DNA from: Trichoplax adhaerens
Lineage: Eukaryota > Animalia > Placozoa
NCBI RefSeq assembly: GCF_000150275.1
Contig: NW_002060968.1
Coordinates: forward strand, 529,788 to 593,787
Length of the DNA stretch: 64,000 nucleotides
Direction of reading: 5' to 3'
A model generated the notes under the pieces. That model was given only the letters and a program-made list of their open reading frames with translations, was not told where the DNA came from and did not search any database. A program made the translations under genes and the position numbers. This document shows, piece after piece, positions 39,001 through 52,910 of this stretch (positions are counted from its first letter, which is position 1; each line of letters starts with the position of its first letter).

Positions 39001-42000
39001 TTTTTGCTAATTTATAGTGTATGTATTCAAAAGTTGAAGCCATGATGGCCTTTGATGAGCTTTATTACGAAAACACAGGTATGAAAGTACTTACACTATA
39101 TCAGCTTTATCTGGTACACGGAGTGTAAATTTCGCTAAATTTTGGATCGATTCTCGTAGGAATTACATGTTTCAAAGATACTCAGATCAAGCGAAAAGTT
39201 CAAAAGGGTTACCCTGTTGGCACCTCATATATTAGCGATAATGTACGGATAAGTAATATTTCATTTGCTTTATTAATTTATCTATTTAATATAATTACAC
39301 ATTTCTATCATTAATTGGCTACGACTAGGATAAAGAAGCCATTCAATTGGATAACTTAATTTCCAGTTCTTCTAGTGCCAAAATCTCGCCTAACATCGAA
39401 AAGCTGTTGAAGATAATCTTTAACGTCAAGCTGCTATCAGCCTATCTGTTAGACTACCAAGTATAGTATAAAATATTTATTAAAGTATAGTGCTAATTAC
39501 AAAGATTTACAATAAGATTACGGATTCTAAATTGTTTGTTTTAATGTAATGTCATTAGGTTGATGTAGAAAAAATAAAACTGAAAGCTTTAACGACTGAC
39601 AGAGTAGAAAAAGCAGTGCAATTACTTCATCAAATAGATTCGGTTAGTCTATTATAGGTAAACGTAACTCATTTTTTTGTTTGTATTTTCATTGCGAACT
39701 GATACTGACGCAACGAAAATTAAAGCTAGGAGTCTACCTTCTAACATACTCTTCCTGGTATTTTCAGTATATAGTTTATCTAAAAGAAATAACACTCCTA
39801 CGATGATAAGATCATAGTAGCTGTAGACTTGTATCATAAAATTGAAAGATGCTGCTTATTAAGCATTATTAATATCCATCGTATTACATGTGCATAGGTT
39901 TCATCAAAGATGTCGAGTAAAAACATACAAAGAAAAAATAAAATAATAAAGCTTAAAGAGAAATTTTTCAATTTAATTTACAAAGACTTACATAAAATCG
40001 ATGGATTCCGTTATTGCGATGATGAGTATAATCTGAGGGTAATTTCCTTTGTTTTAATATCTTATGCACAGAATTATTACTAACTGTTCATACTAATTTT
40101 AAATATATATAATAGAAGACGGTAATAGATAAATATTCAGTAAAGTTATAAATCGGTATTATAAAGCGTAATATCTTATTTTGTTTCAGGAAATATGGTC
40201 TAACATGGATGATGTTATGGATATTGCTGTATGCTATGATTTAATAGAAAACACTAAAAGAGTTGGCAAAGATCTTTTGTATAAATTATATCAAAGCATG
40301 AAGATAGAACTAGAAGTATGTCAAAGTTACATACCCTCTTGATGAATTGTTAAGAGCACTAGGATATACTACTGTTACAAGATTAATCATTGTAACTACT
40401 ATATTATACATGTATCATACCCTTAATTATTTTATCATTGATACTGTTTAGCCGTTATTGCGTAGCAGTGATGAATTCAATATGATCTTTGAGTATGGAA
40501 GTAAAGTCTGTAAAAAGAAACGCGACCAATTTTACAATTTAAGCATTGAAGAGGTCGTAAGATTAATTAATGTTGAGAGGAACTACTGAATTATTTCAAT
40601 TTACTGATTTATCCATACTCGAAATTATGCGTTATTTTATTAATCTACTAGGCGCTTAATTTCACTAGGTATATAAGGTTCAAAATCACAAAAGTCATAA
40701 AAAATATGAAAAATATTGTACTATGGATAACCGTATGTTATTATGGCTTGGCAATCGTGTAATTAATTACAGTCGAATACTTACTAAGGGTTTACAACCA
40801 ATGGCGAAGAGAGATTTTCGCGATGTAGGTATAACGGTTAAATCATTTGTATATAAGTTTGTGCTTTGCGTTCTCTCTGATACCGTTATTAAATGAGGGT
40901 TATAACTCAGGGCATAATGCAGTGTAAAATTAAATTTGTAATTAAGTAGCTTATTTTATATCATATTCTCTACCATAATCATATATTGTTGTGATTTAGC
41001 TCATGTGAGTAGATCGAGGGAAACAGTAGACTAGTTTATAGTAATCCTTTATAAGATACTAGCCTGACACTTCATGATACGGAAGGCCTAAATTGTCATA
41101 ACAATAATTCAGCTCAATAGTTACTCTAAATCTTTAAACATTAAGTTTTCGACTATGAACTTACTTATTATAATATAAGTTAGTTCAACTCTGATATTAA
41201 CTTGCTATGTAAAATCCTTGACGCCAAATAGTCTACGCCATAACAGCTGCCTTTTATTAGTTTTATATTCAGTGATGCTACATAATATAGCAGTGTATTG
41301 CATGAAGAGTACGCTTAAGTTAAGTTACGTAAGCATATTAGTCTATCGAGTAACCTATTTCTCTCAAAAGTTTTACAAACTTAATTATTTTGATTTAAAA
41401 TTTTGATATAAAATACTAAATAGTACGAAATTATTAGATTTTTAATACACATATAACTCTATAGAATGTAGGTTTTCCGCACGGGAAAGGAATTTATTTT
41501 TCAGGTAAATATATTCATGTATCACAAGTATGTTAGTAACTGGACTTTGTAAGGAAACCGACGTTGTATAATATTAATTATTTATTTATATATTTTTGAT
41601 TTATATGTCAAGATATGTTTTGGCAGGTAATACAAAAGCAGATTATTTAACTTGAAATTATTCTATCTCCATCTAACTAAATCATAGATTATCATGCTAT
41701 ATTAGTAGTATACTAAAACACGCACGAATGGTTTTATCTCTAGGCTGCTTTAGACTGTGGTTTAAGTATTACAAATTCGACAGGACTATTAATGCTATGT
41801 GAAGTAGCACTTGGGAGGATGTACGCTCTATAAAGAACTGTTTTGTATAAATTATTGAGATCAATGCTGTATTAGATACTGTAGTTTTTTTGGCTCACTC
41901 TCTAGCTTTTTACATTATTATAGAATGCACTGCAAACATTTTGTTAAAATGATGTATTTTAGATTACATTGTTTTTGATTGATTTCACTATAGCACCAAT

Positions 42001-42443
42001 GAACAATCAGATCTATCGAAAGCGCGTCGTACGGCTGATAGTTTTAAATGTAAATATCGACATTAATACACCAAACAGATTTATGGTTCGAATTATAAAT
42101 ATGATTGCTAAAGTTTAAATTTAATTTTTATGTTTATACGATGTAGTCAAAGGAAAAGTCGGACCCGATCCTGATGGAGATGTTACAATAGAGAATGGTG
42201 TTGTCGTACCGTTAGGAGATATTGTTGGAGACTTCGACTGGCCAGATGGGAATAAGTATCTTGCATATCTCTTTATGATTTCTATATGTCGTGAATTGAT
42301 TATTACATAGTTAGTGTATCAAGTATTATGTTATTTTCCTTAACCGAACTACTAAAAGATACGTCATATACAATCCAGATCAAGTTAAAATCAGATATTT
42401 GGTACTAGTCAAATCTGAATTTGTCGATGCTTCTCAAGGTTAA
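36017..42443 (+). CDS. PARP1-like protein B (same 26-exon structure, L-Y-K triad)
   Basis: The exons of copy A are present with conserved GT-AG sites and no stops seen. First exon 36017-36097, LWLG Leu codon 40747-40749, 14-nt microexon 41613-41626, last exon 42359-42443 ending TAA. Confidence 0.9.
42256..42358 (+). other. U12-type intron, gene B
   Basis: GTATCTT...TTCCTTAAC...AAAG, as in gene A. Confidence 0.8.
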
Positions 42444-44459
42444 CGATCGTTGTCTTTAAAAAGTAAGCACTTACATAATGTTTAATCTACTATGAGCATA
42501 ACCATGCAATTTTGGAGGGAATTGCGTATATCTAATAAACCAAAATAAGGATCATGCATACCTTCATTAAGGTTACCAATGAAACCTATATTAAAATTGA
42601 CATTTAGCCCTACCTTCTTTTAAAGTTTACTTGCTTACAAATGTAAGCAAATTCTTCTAGAGTGTTTAATTGCTTAGCCTGGACTTCATTAATTTAACAC
42701 GCGTTGTAGCATTTTGTAGGTTCGCCGATAAGTATTACAGCCAAATAGCACCCATGTCTGATAAAATTGCTAACGATCGATCTAAGAATTTATTTGCATT
42801 AGTTAAAATTGTCTAACAACCCATTTTAAGTGATTTAGTTTATATTTACTGTCAATAAGGTAACTCATACTTGTCTACGATGTGATTTTCCTATCTTTGA
42901 TACATTATTATCGTAGGCGATTTTCTTGTTCCTAATTGATAATGTTTTTTTGTAGTTTTCATAAAGTATGTTATGATAATTTGTACAATGTAACTTGTGC
43001 ATTTCTAGAAATATATTTATTGTCATCATTTTAATTCCTACTGCAGCTTTGGTTCATCCGTTAATAAATTTCAATATTGTTTCATTTAGACTAAAATAAA
43101 TGTGTGGTATTGTAAAGGTGTTGCAGTCGGTCTATTAGATAAGTTAAGCCAATATTTAATCCTTAGCTGGATAAATTATGAGTGCTTTACAATTCACAAG
43201 GCAAATTACAGTACTTCTTGTGGATGTTATTGTTGTAATCTAAGCAAACTGCCTAAAAATTAGTTCAACAGCTACAGTATTGCTATAGAAATAAATGATT
43301 AAAACAAATGAAATTTGGCTTAAATTCGTACGTTAGTACGTTAAGTAATGCATTTATTAAGAATGATTAAAATTGGTACAACACAATATGAGACAGTGCA
43401 GATTAGCCAAACTCTACTAGCACCTTTTTAATATTGTTCATTTTTGGTGTTTAGCATATGAATTAATAACTAGCATCTTTTTATATCTAAAATAGTGTTC
43501 TCGCTTAGATGATAGTCATTACTCACATTGGCTAAATTTCGGCGATAGGCTACGTCCTTGTATTGCATGATACAAAAGCGCTCAACTAGGGTATCATAAT
43601 TAGGTTTAGCAATCCCTTAGGTTTTCAAGCGATTAACTCTGAATCTGAGTTATTAAAACAAAGGAATTTCTAATTCTACTTCATGTAAGGCTTACTTTGT
43701 ATTAATTGGATACTTTGAACATACCCTATTGCTGTAACTAGCTGAATTCACTAGGAAAGATTACGAAAGCAGGTGAAATTGCTTCATACAGAATATCTGT
43801 TACAATATACTAAACGTTCAACTGCAGACATTTAGCACGATAATTATTCAAAGTCAAGTTCAAGAATGATTTGCTATTAGCTGGTTACGCTGAAGAATGA
43901 ACCTTTTTCAAATATTATCAGGTCTGATGATTACTTTGCAGGAAAAGTCCTTGCCGAACCGAAGCTTGACTGGCCATTTTTAAAACTGATGCATGCTTAA
44001 GTTATGCCTTGAGCAAGCACTGCTTAACTTCTGTTTTCACAACATTTATGCTAAATTCTTTAATTGTAATTTATACTATATTCAGTTAGAAATCTACGAA
44101 AACTAAATTTGAGTAGTCCTTGCCTTAAACCTTTAATCCAAACCAATTAGGAAGAAGAACAAAAACATACTTGTTTATATTTTAAGGAAATAGCAAGAGT
44201 AGTGTCAACTATCTACGATGTTGTATAGGTAGAGCAGATTGCATTAAGCAGTGACATATGCAAACCTAAGGCAGTGATCTCAGCTAGTTATATATTAGTA
44301 AAGTAATGAGCGCTGATAGCTGATGGATAGTTCAAAAGCTATTGATGATCCTTTCACTAATTTTAATTTTGTGCATGCATAGGCACGTCGTAGGAGCTTT
44401 AAATATGATCTCAAGCTAAGGTAAACAACTCGGTGGAGCGAATCAATTTTATAGCTGTT

Positions 44460-44901
44460 TGTCACGGTACGAACTACCGTAAAGAAATAGCTATCTAGAT
44501 TTGGTTAATATAATATAGTAATAATATATTACAACTAGTTACTTACAATAGGAATTACTCTAATTATAAATGTGTTACAGTAAATTTAATGCTGTGCTGC
44601 AATGTGATCTGAAATAATTCAGTGAATGGACATATTGTAGTCCGACTAAGAAAAATTAGTTAGTAGATGTTCTAACCTAAGTGTTTTTATATGATGACTC
44701 ATGAATGTTAGCTGCTGTAGAAGGGTATATAAGCCCGTCAGATAGTTGAATAAAGTAATTCTCAATTGTCTAGTTGAGTTTAACGTAGAATCGAAGGTGT
44801 CTAAATTCTTGTGAGGTAGTTGAGGGATACTGAATCCCGGAGACTATAGTAATTTCGAGATTTGTTTTACGTTATCCTTGTCACGAAGCTGGTTTGCGAC
44901 A
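44460..44901 (+). mobile_element. Solo LTR (diverged family member), 442 bp, TSD CTGTT
   Basis: TGTCAC...GCGACA ends; CTGTT at 44455-44459 and 44902-44906; the paralogous site in unit 1 (~31944) is empty. Its 3' half is homologous to the 50720 and 60398 LTRs. Confidence 0.85.
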
Positions 44902-45699
44902 CTGTTGTATAACAGTTATCCTAAACAGTAATATAGCTTAAAATAATTCTTTATCAGCAATTAGTAAAGCAACGCAGATAATTTTAAATCAAAAATAGGA
45001 TACCACAGTATATGCCATGTCAAGCGTGAATATCATACCATTCAACTTAGAATACGGAGATACAATTTAAAAAAGACACTAAGTAAAGTCTTACTATGAT
45101 CATTGTGATAAAGGATTTGATAAATCGGCTATGTAGCTGTCCATTTAAAAGTCATTCGAGATAATTTACATGAATTTATGGTATAGAAGTAGATTCTATA
45201 TTGAACGAGGTAATTTAATTTCCGTGTAGCAAGTGAAGAGGTTAACAAATTGAAGCTTAAGAAATCTCTGAGCTTAAGTAGCTCAATTGTTGTGCACGAT
45301 CTCGATTGGAGTACCATCCCTAACCTTAATATAACCCGTCAGTGTCTAATGACAGCTTGATTAATAACGAATCTTAGTGTAACGAATATGTAATATTAAT
45401 CGCCTATATTAATGCTAACGTATACATTACTTTTATCACAACTGAATCTACTTTCTAACGTCGTATTATTTGATATCTTCTCTGATAATTGTAATATAAT
45501 ATACTGCACTTATCACATAAATCAGGAATGCATGAAACTCTCGCAATTACCTACAATTAGTGTACTAAGATAGACTGCAGAATACCTTCTACTGGATAGC
45601 AAGTTTACCTACGGATTATGTCTCGTTAAAGCTAATTAATATCATTATTTGTGACTCATTTCCAGTCTTGATAATCAGCTTGTTGATCTTTATGATCTA

Positions 45700-46500
45700 C
45701 CAGGATACTGCGCCAAATTTTTTTAGAAACGGTGATTACAAATACTTATAAGTAGTTCAAAGCATTTGAAGTACTAGCTAGACATTGTATAGCTACGACA
45801 GTTCTTAGCATAGAAGCTCTAATATCTATCACAGAGGTTGCGATGATCATAAATGCTGCAGTAATGGAGGAAAGGTCTGCTAGCTCTGTACGATCTCTTT
45901 CTCAGTTTATACGTTGACAAAATTTTGGCCTTCTTGCATAAAATTGATTAATTATAAAACTATGCACACTAAAATTGCCCTTTGTTAGCGGTTACTCGTG
46001 TCACATGAATAACATTCCCAAGATACTGTAATACTTAATTTATTACAATGTCTACTAATTGTCGAAACAGTAAATCATTAAGATACTGATTGAATCATGA
46101 TTAAATTGATATGAGTAAAATAATAGCCGGACAACTATTAATTTAATCTCATAAACTAAACACTAGAGCAGGTCATGTGTGTACTTGCAATGATTGCCAA
46201 CTTTAAATTTTTGGCAATAGATATACTTTATACCACTTGGTTGAACCTTGTTTTAGAATCGAGGTAGCAATCATAATCGACCACTTAATTCTATGAATAA
46301 TATTGACAATTAATCTACGAAGAGGTTGCTGTCTATTTCTCTTCTTGAGAGTAATTATGCAGACAGCGATGCTGAAGATAATGACAAGTGAACTTAAATA
46401 TGCAATGGAGATGGTCAATGCATACAGTAATAGTTCGATTATGCAATGTTACGTTTCTCAAGTATTTTTGATACATAGCGTTTCTAGAAATCCAGTGATA
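45700..46500 (-). pseudogene. Decayed class A GPCR pseudogene
   Basis: TM1-ICL1 fragment IIFSIAVCIITLKKRNRQQPLRRLIVNI, plus frameshifted TM6/TM7-like pieces (RKRSYRASR..ITAAFMII; CLASTSNALNYL*). Confidence 0.6.
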
Positions 46501-47557
46501 GCATAAAATAAATAGTTTTTACGAAAGTTAGTTAGTAAATTTGAATTATTTTTGCTTAAAATGTGAATTTCAATTACCCACGATGAATTTTCATGGACGA
46601 TGCTTGTTTAATTACTGCAATACCAAAACATGCAAAAAAGTTCTGATTTTAAGAATTTGCTAAAGTATGATAACAGTATCTTCAACCATACATTATTCTT
46701 GCAAAGTAACTAAGGAACTCATTACAGTCAAGACATAAATATACAAATTTTATTGAATATACTTCCATTTATTTTTATTTCATTATTCGTTAAAATTAGC
46801 ATTCATATATTAATCAGAAGAATATGGGATTATCGATGTTTATCCAATAAATATTGTTATGCTATGTCTAAGAGGTAATGGAATTAGCCAATAATCTTGA
46901 GCTCAGGTATTTAACTCATTGTCATTAAACTCTAAAGTAGAAATTTTATTTCTGTAATTGTTTCCTAAACGCTCATATCTAATAAGATGTCCATAGTCAG
47001 GATCTGTATTCAATAAATAAGACTATAAATACGATTATGCGAATTCATTTTGAAATAAAACGAAAAAGGAATATTATGATATAAATTAGATTAATTGATA
47101 ACGTCTACCAATAGGATATAGAGTTCAGTTAATTAATATTTAGTTAATCAGTGTAAGAAGTAACAATATTAAGAACCAATTTCATATTAATAAAAAGGTA
47201 AATTAGATGTATCTTATATATTTCTATTGTTTTTTTCTTTGCGATGTTATGAACTTTTAATTACCGATGAAGTTAAAAGGAACTTCACATCAGCGACAGC
47301 AAATTGCCTTTCCTTTATATTTGCTATCCATTGCATTAGGGTATTCAATATGAAACCATATGTCTATCAATTTAATACCTCAAAGGAGTTAAGCAACTCC
47401 AAGATAAAATGAAAGTCAACGGAGGTATGATTAATTTTAAATCATTCAAATCGATCTAGTATTAAGACTTACAGACTAATTCTATTATTGATGATACCAT
47501 TTTAACAAGTTGTTAACTAATTTTAGCGATGAACTTTATTATTGGTTATTCTAACGT

Positions 47558-48562
47558 TTAAGTAGCGGTAAACTTAAAAGAAATTCTCAATCTGCGAGTC
47601 AACAATTTAAATTCATTTTTAAAATTGATGCTAGCAAAGTTATATAAAATAGGATTCAATATACCTGGCATAAACATCATTACGGTAGTTACACGAAATA
47701 ACATAGAAAACTTAGAAAGCAGTTTATGAGTGAAATTTGGATCCAAAGTTTTTTGAAACGAAATCCAGACGTAACTAAAAGCATAGGGTATAGTGCCACA
47801 AGCGGAAAGCGTCGTGATAAGTAATATTGAAATTATGCTTAAATTACGTTTTTTAATGGTTTTCAACGCGTGTAATTTGTATCTTGAGTCTTCGATTGGA
47901 ATATTTATATTACGCAACTTAATAATGATGCATGTATAACATATAAAGATGATCAGTAAGGGTAATAATGAATTTAATACAGCAAAAAATGCTGACAAGA
48001 CTAAACTAGTATCTAAATGAGTTTGAGAAAGTAACCCAGAACAGTCAATTAAGTCTCGGCGATCATAATCGGTAACAAAAATAAATATTGTTGCACAGAC
48101 TAGTGCATAGAACCAGATGGCAATAATAATAAAGTTCATTTTATTCCTATGAATCGGTCCAGTAAGTGGATGAATAATGCCGCGATATCTTTCTATTCCA
48201 ATAGCAGCTAATGTCATCATAGAATTCGACATAGCTACTGCTGCAATAAAATTGGTAATGCCACATAAAATCTTGACGTTCTTACGCAGTAACTGCCTAA
48301 TATCTAAGGAATAATTATAATCGGCAGTGAAGATAATCATAATGCATCTTAAAATCGATGAACAGCCATAAAGAATATCAGCAAGCGCTAAATTTGCGAT
48401 TAAAAGATGAAAAGGTTGTCGAAGTCGAGCACTGTTTGATATGAGAGAGCAAACAACGATATTGAAGATTATACTAATAATACTGATAAGTAAAACGCAT
48501 AAAACCAAGTCGAAATTTTTGCTAAAGATGTTATTACTGGTCGAATTCGAGAAAATTGCCAT
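47558..48562 (-). CDS. Intronless orphan class A GPCR
   Basis: NLALAD, C3.25, ERY, ECL2 Cys (DCSG) and NPILY; ATG at 48562. Confidence 0.93.
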   Translation of the reverse strand: MAIFSNSTSNNIFSKNFDLVLCVLLISIISIIFNIVVCSLISNSARLRQPFHLLIANLALADILYGCSSILRCIMIIFTADYNYSLDIRQLLRKNVKILCGITNFIAAVAMSNSMMTLAAIGIERYRGIIHPLTGPIHRNKMNFIIIAIWFYALVCATIFIFVTDYDRRDLIDCSGLLSQTHLDTSLVLSAFFAVLNSLLPLLIIFICYTCIIIKLRNINIPIEDSRYKLHALKTIKKRNLSIISILLITTLSACGTIPYAFSYVWISFQKTLDPNFTHKLLSKFSMLFRVTTVMMFMPGILNPILYNFASINFKNEFKLLTRRLRISFKFTAT

Positions 48563-49729
48563 ATTTGGTAGTTGCAATAGTATCAAATTAATATCTATCT
48601 TGACAGATATTTATAAGTTTGATAGATTAACATGAAATATATCAATTTAAGGCCTTGAGATAATAAATATACTATCGTACAATTATTTAAATTCCTAATC
48701 ATGCTTTTTTTTTGTATGTTCAATAGATAATTAATTAGTTAGTCATCAATCATAGTATATCCAAGTCTAAAAATAACATCTTAGTCAATAAAATTATGAT
48801 AGCATCAACTTTATCATGCACACCTCAATCTTCTATAGCTTAAAGATAAATAATTTATCACTACCTAATTCATAGTAATTGTCGACTGGCACATAAAACA
48901 TTGAATACAGGTGTATGTCTTTTTTATACTAGTTGCATTTTGTAAATCATTAAAGACTCCTGTAATATTATGGTACTAATTATAGTTTATTCTTCCTAAT
49001 GATAGAAATCGCGAACAATAATGCTTTAAATTAACAGATTTTATTGAAGTAATTGACATTTCGGGTTACGGTCAATACGTCAAGTTTGATTTTGCATCTG
49101 TATAACGCTAAATAGCAAGGTTAATGAACTATTTAATCTAATATCATTAATTCACAGCTGCATTTAATTAATTTCAATATAAAGCTCTTGTAAGCTTTAA
49201 CGATTAATCAACATTTATTTAACTTAACAAAGTTTGATCAATGAAATTAAGTTAACCATGGGCTCCAAATATTTCCTAAGTAAGAAAAAAGGGAACTTTT
49301 GCTATTAATAATTGTCATAAGTTAAAAAAATATCGATTAGTCTATATTTTATTGTAACTTCTGTCGAATCCAAATTTATTTACATGACCAGATAATTTAT
49401 AACCAACGGGTCTATCGTTTGTTCTTGTTTGCATTTTTAATTCTACATAATGTTAAATTTAATCATCGTGCGTACTTTATAATTCTCTTCAAAATGGCAT
49501 AAATAATCTTAGCTGTTAAAAATTAGGCAAATTCAGTATTTCTGAGACATATATTTTAAAATAAATATAAGTTAGAGATACGGGTATAATCATTAAGAAA
49601 GTAGTTTCATGTTGCCGAGGGTAAATTCTAATGGAAATCAACTACATCAAGAGATCAATCTCTTAATGCTGAGAAAAATTTCAAATTACAATATATTGAG
49701 ATTAAGACGTTTTTGTACAATTTATATAC

Positions 49730-51386
49730 GATAAGATTCAATTTTAAAAAAGCTGTTTCTAGCAATTTTAGAATCACATTTAAATTTAAAATAGATTTTA
49801 AGAAGGTTCTCTCAAAATCTGCGCTTGCATAATTATACGGTACTGGATTTATTGAGCATGGTATAAACATAATGTAGGTCGTTACGTACAGTAGGCTATT
49901 GAACTAAATTGCGCATTGTATAAAGTTTGGTTCTAGAAGATAACGACAAGAAATCTAAATTCAGCAAACAGAGAATGGAATAATTGTACAAACGGACATT
50001 ATCATTATTATAAGCAGTGATATTATACAATTTCTTCGTCGTTTTATTAATTTCATGACTTCAAGTTTATAATAAGAATCATCAAGAAGCGGATTATTTC
50101 TATATAATGTTAGTATGACCCTTACATAGCAAAATAGCATTAAAAGAGACGGTATTAAAACTGCTAAAATACCAAAAATCACTGCTAAACAAGTTCCGTT
50201 AAGGCATGAATTGTGATGAGAACAATAGAGAAACCATTATTCTGATAGCTATCAGTGGAGCACATAACAATTATAATTCCTGAACAAGCAAGAGTATAGA
50301 TCCAAATACCAATATGATTTATCCAAATTTTACTTTCACTAACAGGCACAGATAGCGGATGTATAATTACATGATACCTTTTAAATGAGATACTAAACAA
50401 GGTAATCTTAGAATTAGATGTAGACACCACATGAATATAACTGTTTACTATTTCAAATTCCTGATAATCTTGACTGCCTACAATAAGGGTTTCTTACGCA
50501 TTTTCGATAGTACTAACAGCAGGTATTGTATGAATTCTAGTTGTTAAACAGTTTGAGATATCTGTGATTGCTAAATCAGCAATCATTATATATGGTGGCT
50601 GCTGAAGATCTTTATTAGAAAACATCAAATAGCACATAATTACATTAAGTAAAATACCTACAGAACCGAAACTGACCATGACTACTACTGAAAACGTATG
50701 CAAAGATTCATTTACGGGATGTGACAGTGTTATGCACTGTATTAGAGTAGAAATATCTATGTTAGGATAATTCTGTTAGCCTATCCTTATTTAGTTAACT
50801 TCTAATTTTGGATATACTGTGTTTTAATATAGCACTGACTTTTTATGACAGTGACACTTATACACATACTGAAATTAATAGTTATAATAGGGAATGCAAA
50901 TCATCTACTTACAGTTCCAATCATTGTGATTTTAATTTACTTATGGTAGATCGTAAATTATCATGGAAATGTTCCGTGATAGGACATATCGTAATCTGAC
51001 TATTCTGTATTAGTCATTATATGTCTATGTTGGTAAATACTGTTGTCTGCATTAAGGGAGCAGTAGCTAAAATTAATGTCTAATTCAGTAAATGATTCTA
51101 ATGTTAATTGTATTAACTATGACTCATGAACTATTGAGGAATAGTTCTGTATATAAATGCAGCATATCGTGAGATAAAGTGAAATCTCAAACATAGTATT
51201 TAACGTAAAATACGAGGCGTCTAAGTCTTTATGTAGTCTGCTAGTAGAGCAAAAGTGTTTGTGATAGTGCAGATATCGTTCCTTGATACGTGGTTCAAGG
51301 AATTGACTTATTGATCGTATATTACGTTATCTTGTTGCAAAGCTGTTTTGTGACACGAGAAGATTCGCATCCATTAGATTAAACGT
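49730..51386 (-). pseudogene. GPCR pseudogene disrupted by a solo LTR near its start
   Basis: Fragmented ORFs (50494-50703, 50185-50430, 49961-50182, 49655-49870) are colinear with the 52911 receptor. Its first codons lie beyond the LTR at ~51356-51386, with ATG mutated to ACG. Confidence 0.9.
50720..51355 (+). mobile_element. Solo LTR, 636 bp, TSD CGGGA/CGAGA
   Basis: TGTGACA...TGTGACA ends, TATA-like GTATATAAAT and TGACTCA inside; near-identical to 60398-61032; interrupts the GPCR homology exactly. Confidence 0.88.
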
Positions 51387-52910
51387 TTTGCGAACTTGAC
51401 GATAAACCAATTCACCAAAGCAAGTATCTTCAATTTAGTTTAATGAATTTGAATTCAAACCATAAATGATGTATTAATGGAGATCAATTGACCTTCTATC
51501 GCATAGTTTTGTAAGCTTGCAGAGATAATTTGTAAAGGTTCATATATGCAACGATATATTATACTGCAGATTTCTAAAAATATAAATATATTGTAGTAAC
51601 AGATCGTTTAAGTTAACTGAACTGAAGTTGAACTGAATCAAATTTTAATGCATTCTGTAATAGCCAACTATGATGAAAAATTTAGAAAGACTATCGGCCT
51701 TTCTAAGGAAATTAGTATAAATTTTAATTCCTTTCTTTTAGCATACAAATAGATCTATTCCTATAGCTTATTGTATTAAAATATCCGTGAGAGTATCGAT
51801 TTAAACCCAAAGTAACTACATATGGCATGCCTTCTAAATTTTTTTGCCATTAATTAGTCCTATGTGGTAAAGACTTGCTATTCATAACTATTATTATACT
51901 ATTCGCTATTCGTTTCTCGTTGTTGATGATAACCTTACCTTAGGGCTATTATATAAACTATTCGACAGATACGCGCATAGTAGTTCTAGTTTATAAAATT
52001 ATCAGTGCCCGCCCAACTGTTTTAGGATATCTGTTCGGGCTAAGCAAGATCCTTACTCATTCACCCAATATAGGCAAAGGGATAGGCAAATAATGAGACT
52101 GCGTCAAAGTAAATATTGCCCTAGTTAAAGAGGCTAATACAAAGCTTTGAATTTTTATCACATTCTAAAATTCTCTGGTAATTTGCTGGTAGAATTAGGA
52201 ATTTAATGCTGATAAGTATTGACGGGATGTAGATGTAGTTTAGAAATCTTTTAAACTTTATAATCAATACTTTCGTGTTTAAAAATATGTAAAACAAACT
52301 TTTCAGTTTATTTAGACTGACTATTAATTAAGCAGTTACAGACGTAAATGATAAGTGTGAACGCTTTTTTTAATTCTTTGACTGAAATATTATATTAGCG
52401 ATATTTTTACCCTAAAATTGAATATAGTAACTGTTATTACATTAAGTAAGCTCAAATTTAGGATTTTATGTTTTAGTAAAAAATTGGTTTTACTTGGATT
52501 CAAATATAACATTAATTGCCTTAATGCTAACTAAAGCTCTTGAATTCGTCAAAATATGTCTCTTAGATAGCTAGCTTAAACCAACAAGGAGAATTGCCGC
52601 ATGAGGGTGTTTACAATTGGTTTCAAAGTCAAATAATTTTATGAGATTACCTTTGACTACATTGCCATATTGTCATATGCGTCCCAAAATAAAGCGAATT
52701 AAATATTCCATGTACATATACGAGCTTTAAAATGGAACATAGCATACGTAAGGGTATAACCAGCAAGCGAGTGGTTTAATTTAAGGTACATGTATTTAAT
52801 TCTAATAAGATTTGGCTGTTCCTAGTAATAACTCTCTTAATACAGAATAAACTTTTAAACTTTAATGCGTTCAGATGAAGATATTTTAATGATTCTAGAC
52901 ACGATAAGTC

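Larger units (their letters stand above)
33105..44940 (+). repeat. Tandem segmental duplication, unit 2
   Basis: Colinear with 20325-32000. Confidence 0.95.

Noticed and set aside
24412-41406. Short ORF-track calls within the PARP loci (e.g. 24412, 25412, 27128, 27142, 28704, 39652, 41218)
   Set aside because: Antisense or intronic ORFs, or exon-plus-intron read-throughs, explained by the spliced PARP models.
50808-50999. 63-aa ORF repeated at 60486-60677
   Set aside because: TTG-started ORF inside the solo LTR; its conservation just reflects LTR identity.
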